Positions 62,671 through 64,000 of a stretch of 64,000 nt of DNA are shown piece after piece. The number at the start of each line of letters is the position of its first letter. Positions within the stretch are counted from its first letter, which is position 1. The stretch covers positions 1-64,000 of the forward strand of contig JAQGDQ010001034.1 in the NCBI GenBank assembly GCA_030141605.1, given 5' to 3'. Made by a program: the position numbers and the translations under genes. Under the pieces are notes generated by a model. It was not told where the DNA came from. It saw only the letters and a program-made list of their open reading frames with translations, and searched no databases. Source of the DNA: Tubiluchus corallicola (taxonomy: Eukaryota > Animalia > Priapulida).

Positions 62671-63509
62671 TGGCGCACATTTAAACGGAATGAGAAACAG
62701 ATTAAAATTCATCCAAGCGCAAATATCCAATAGCCGTATTTTCAAAGAAATGCTTGGATTTAATTGCGTCTTTTACAGCGTAGTCATTCTCTATGCTCAT
62801 TGCTCACGTGAAAGAAAACGAATTGAAATAACTTGAATCACACTGAATCTATTCTAAAAAGGTGAAGGCGCGTCGTAACTGAAAACGGGCTATGACGAAT
62901 AACCGAATGGTCATGTCGTATCATCGTATGCTTAGCAAACGAAGTTAAGTAATGCTAAGTCTGCCGCATCAGTTCAGTAACTTCAGTTGTTTTACGTGAA
63001 CTTCACTCAATTATGCATTAGTATACATAATGTGTGTATAGAACAAAGCCGTCCGCCGCATTAGTTCAGTAAATTCAATTGTTTTGCACAGACTTTACTT
63101 AATTATGTGTGTGCATAGAGTGATTTACTAGCAGGATCTTGCTTAGGAACAGGAAAAAATGAACTAGGTAAAGTTCTAGCTAGCTGTTAAAACTGTTACT
63201 ATTATAACAGCATGGGCTGGGGTGGGGTGTTGTCAAGTGTACACAAATGTGTTGTCTGGTACACTTGACCTTTGACCTTCTCGCGATCATCATCAATCGC
63301 TGTAACTGTGAAAATATTTATTATTTTCAATTTAAGCTGTGCAATAAATTCCAAATTCGCTCTCTACACATAATTAACTTCTTCTAATTATTAACTGCCG
63401 ACTCATTTCAACTCTTTCAATTTGTTTGCACTTTAAATTAATTATAATTACGCCTCACTAATTTGTATTCTGGAGAGTTGAGATAATAATTAGATAAACA
63501 GATAATTAC

Positions 63510-63760
63510 TGAGGGAGAATATTCTCTGCTAGAAAGCGAATTCGAATCGAATCGCATTGTTGACGCCCGAATTCGAATCAAATCGAATTTCAAGATCTCA
63601 AAATCCGAATCAAATTCGAATTCGGTCTTAAAGATTTTCGAATAATTTTTTTAATCACTATAAAAAGTTGTCTCGCAAAGATCGTGCATATTGCTTGATT
63701 TTGTTCTGCGGTAAAATGCAAATCATTAATTTAAAAATCGTGCACAGAAATCGTAGCTAA
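63510..63760. mobile_element. Partial inverted relative of the 48296-48692 MITE
   Basis: gaaagcgaattcgaatcgaa...aaagatcgtgcatattg matches the reverse complement of ~48450-48680. Confidence 0.6.
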
Positions 63761-64000
63761 ATTGTACTGACTTCGTGAGGTTTGAAACATTTTAAAGAAC
63801 GTATGTCGTTGAAGTGTTCGTGGGCGCCGCCAGAGGACGCACAAGCAGCTAAGGGGGTCTGGTGGTCCGGCGGGGTTTGGGTGCCCAGCGGGGTCCGGCC
63901 ACCAACGCATTCTCCTGCATTTAAGCACATTTGGAGGCCTCAACGAGGTCTAAATTCTGGTGCATAGACTTCTTCAAACGTGAAAAATTCTGCTTAAATA

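Overview
Eukaryotic (invertebrate, probably arthropod or other protostome) AT-rich, intron-containing genomic DNA, not a prokaryotic locus. Four protein-coding genes can be rebuilt by hand from GT-AG boundaries with consistent phases: (1) the terminal exon of a class A neuropeptide GPCR of the SIFamide/NPFF-receptor type (+, 88-802); (2, 3) two tandem, intact 12-exon fatty acyl-CoA reductase paralogs, FAR-A (+, 4492-22349, 495 aa) and FAR-B (+, 26131-44241, 494 aa); (4) the last four exons of an alpha7-group nicotinic acetylcholine receptor alpha subunit (-, 58598-49264), whose 5' part lies beyond the window. Introns are packed with non-autonomous DNA transposons (TTAA-, TA- and 8-bp-TSD MITEs), tRNA/5S-like relics, microsatellites and more than a dozen locus-specific minisatellites. 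Most listed ORFs are artefacts of these repeats. The most unusual features all involve repeats acting on splicing: a 24-copy 42-bp array made from the nAChR TM3 exon end plus its 5' splice site, ten copies of which read TTTAG|GTAAGT like recursive-splicing ratchet points; a 56-bp duplication of the FAR-B exon 7 donor; inverted MITE twins flanking FAR-A exons 6-8 (495 nt, a stop-free frame if circularised); and a patchy gene-conversion signature between the FAR paralogs. All functional interpretations are inferences that need transcript data.
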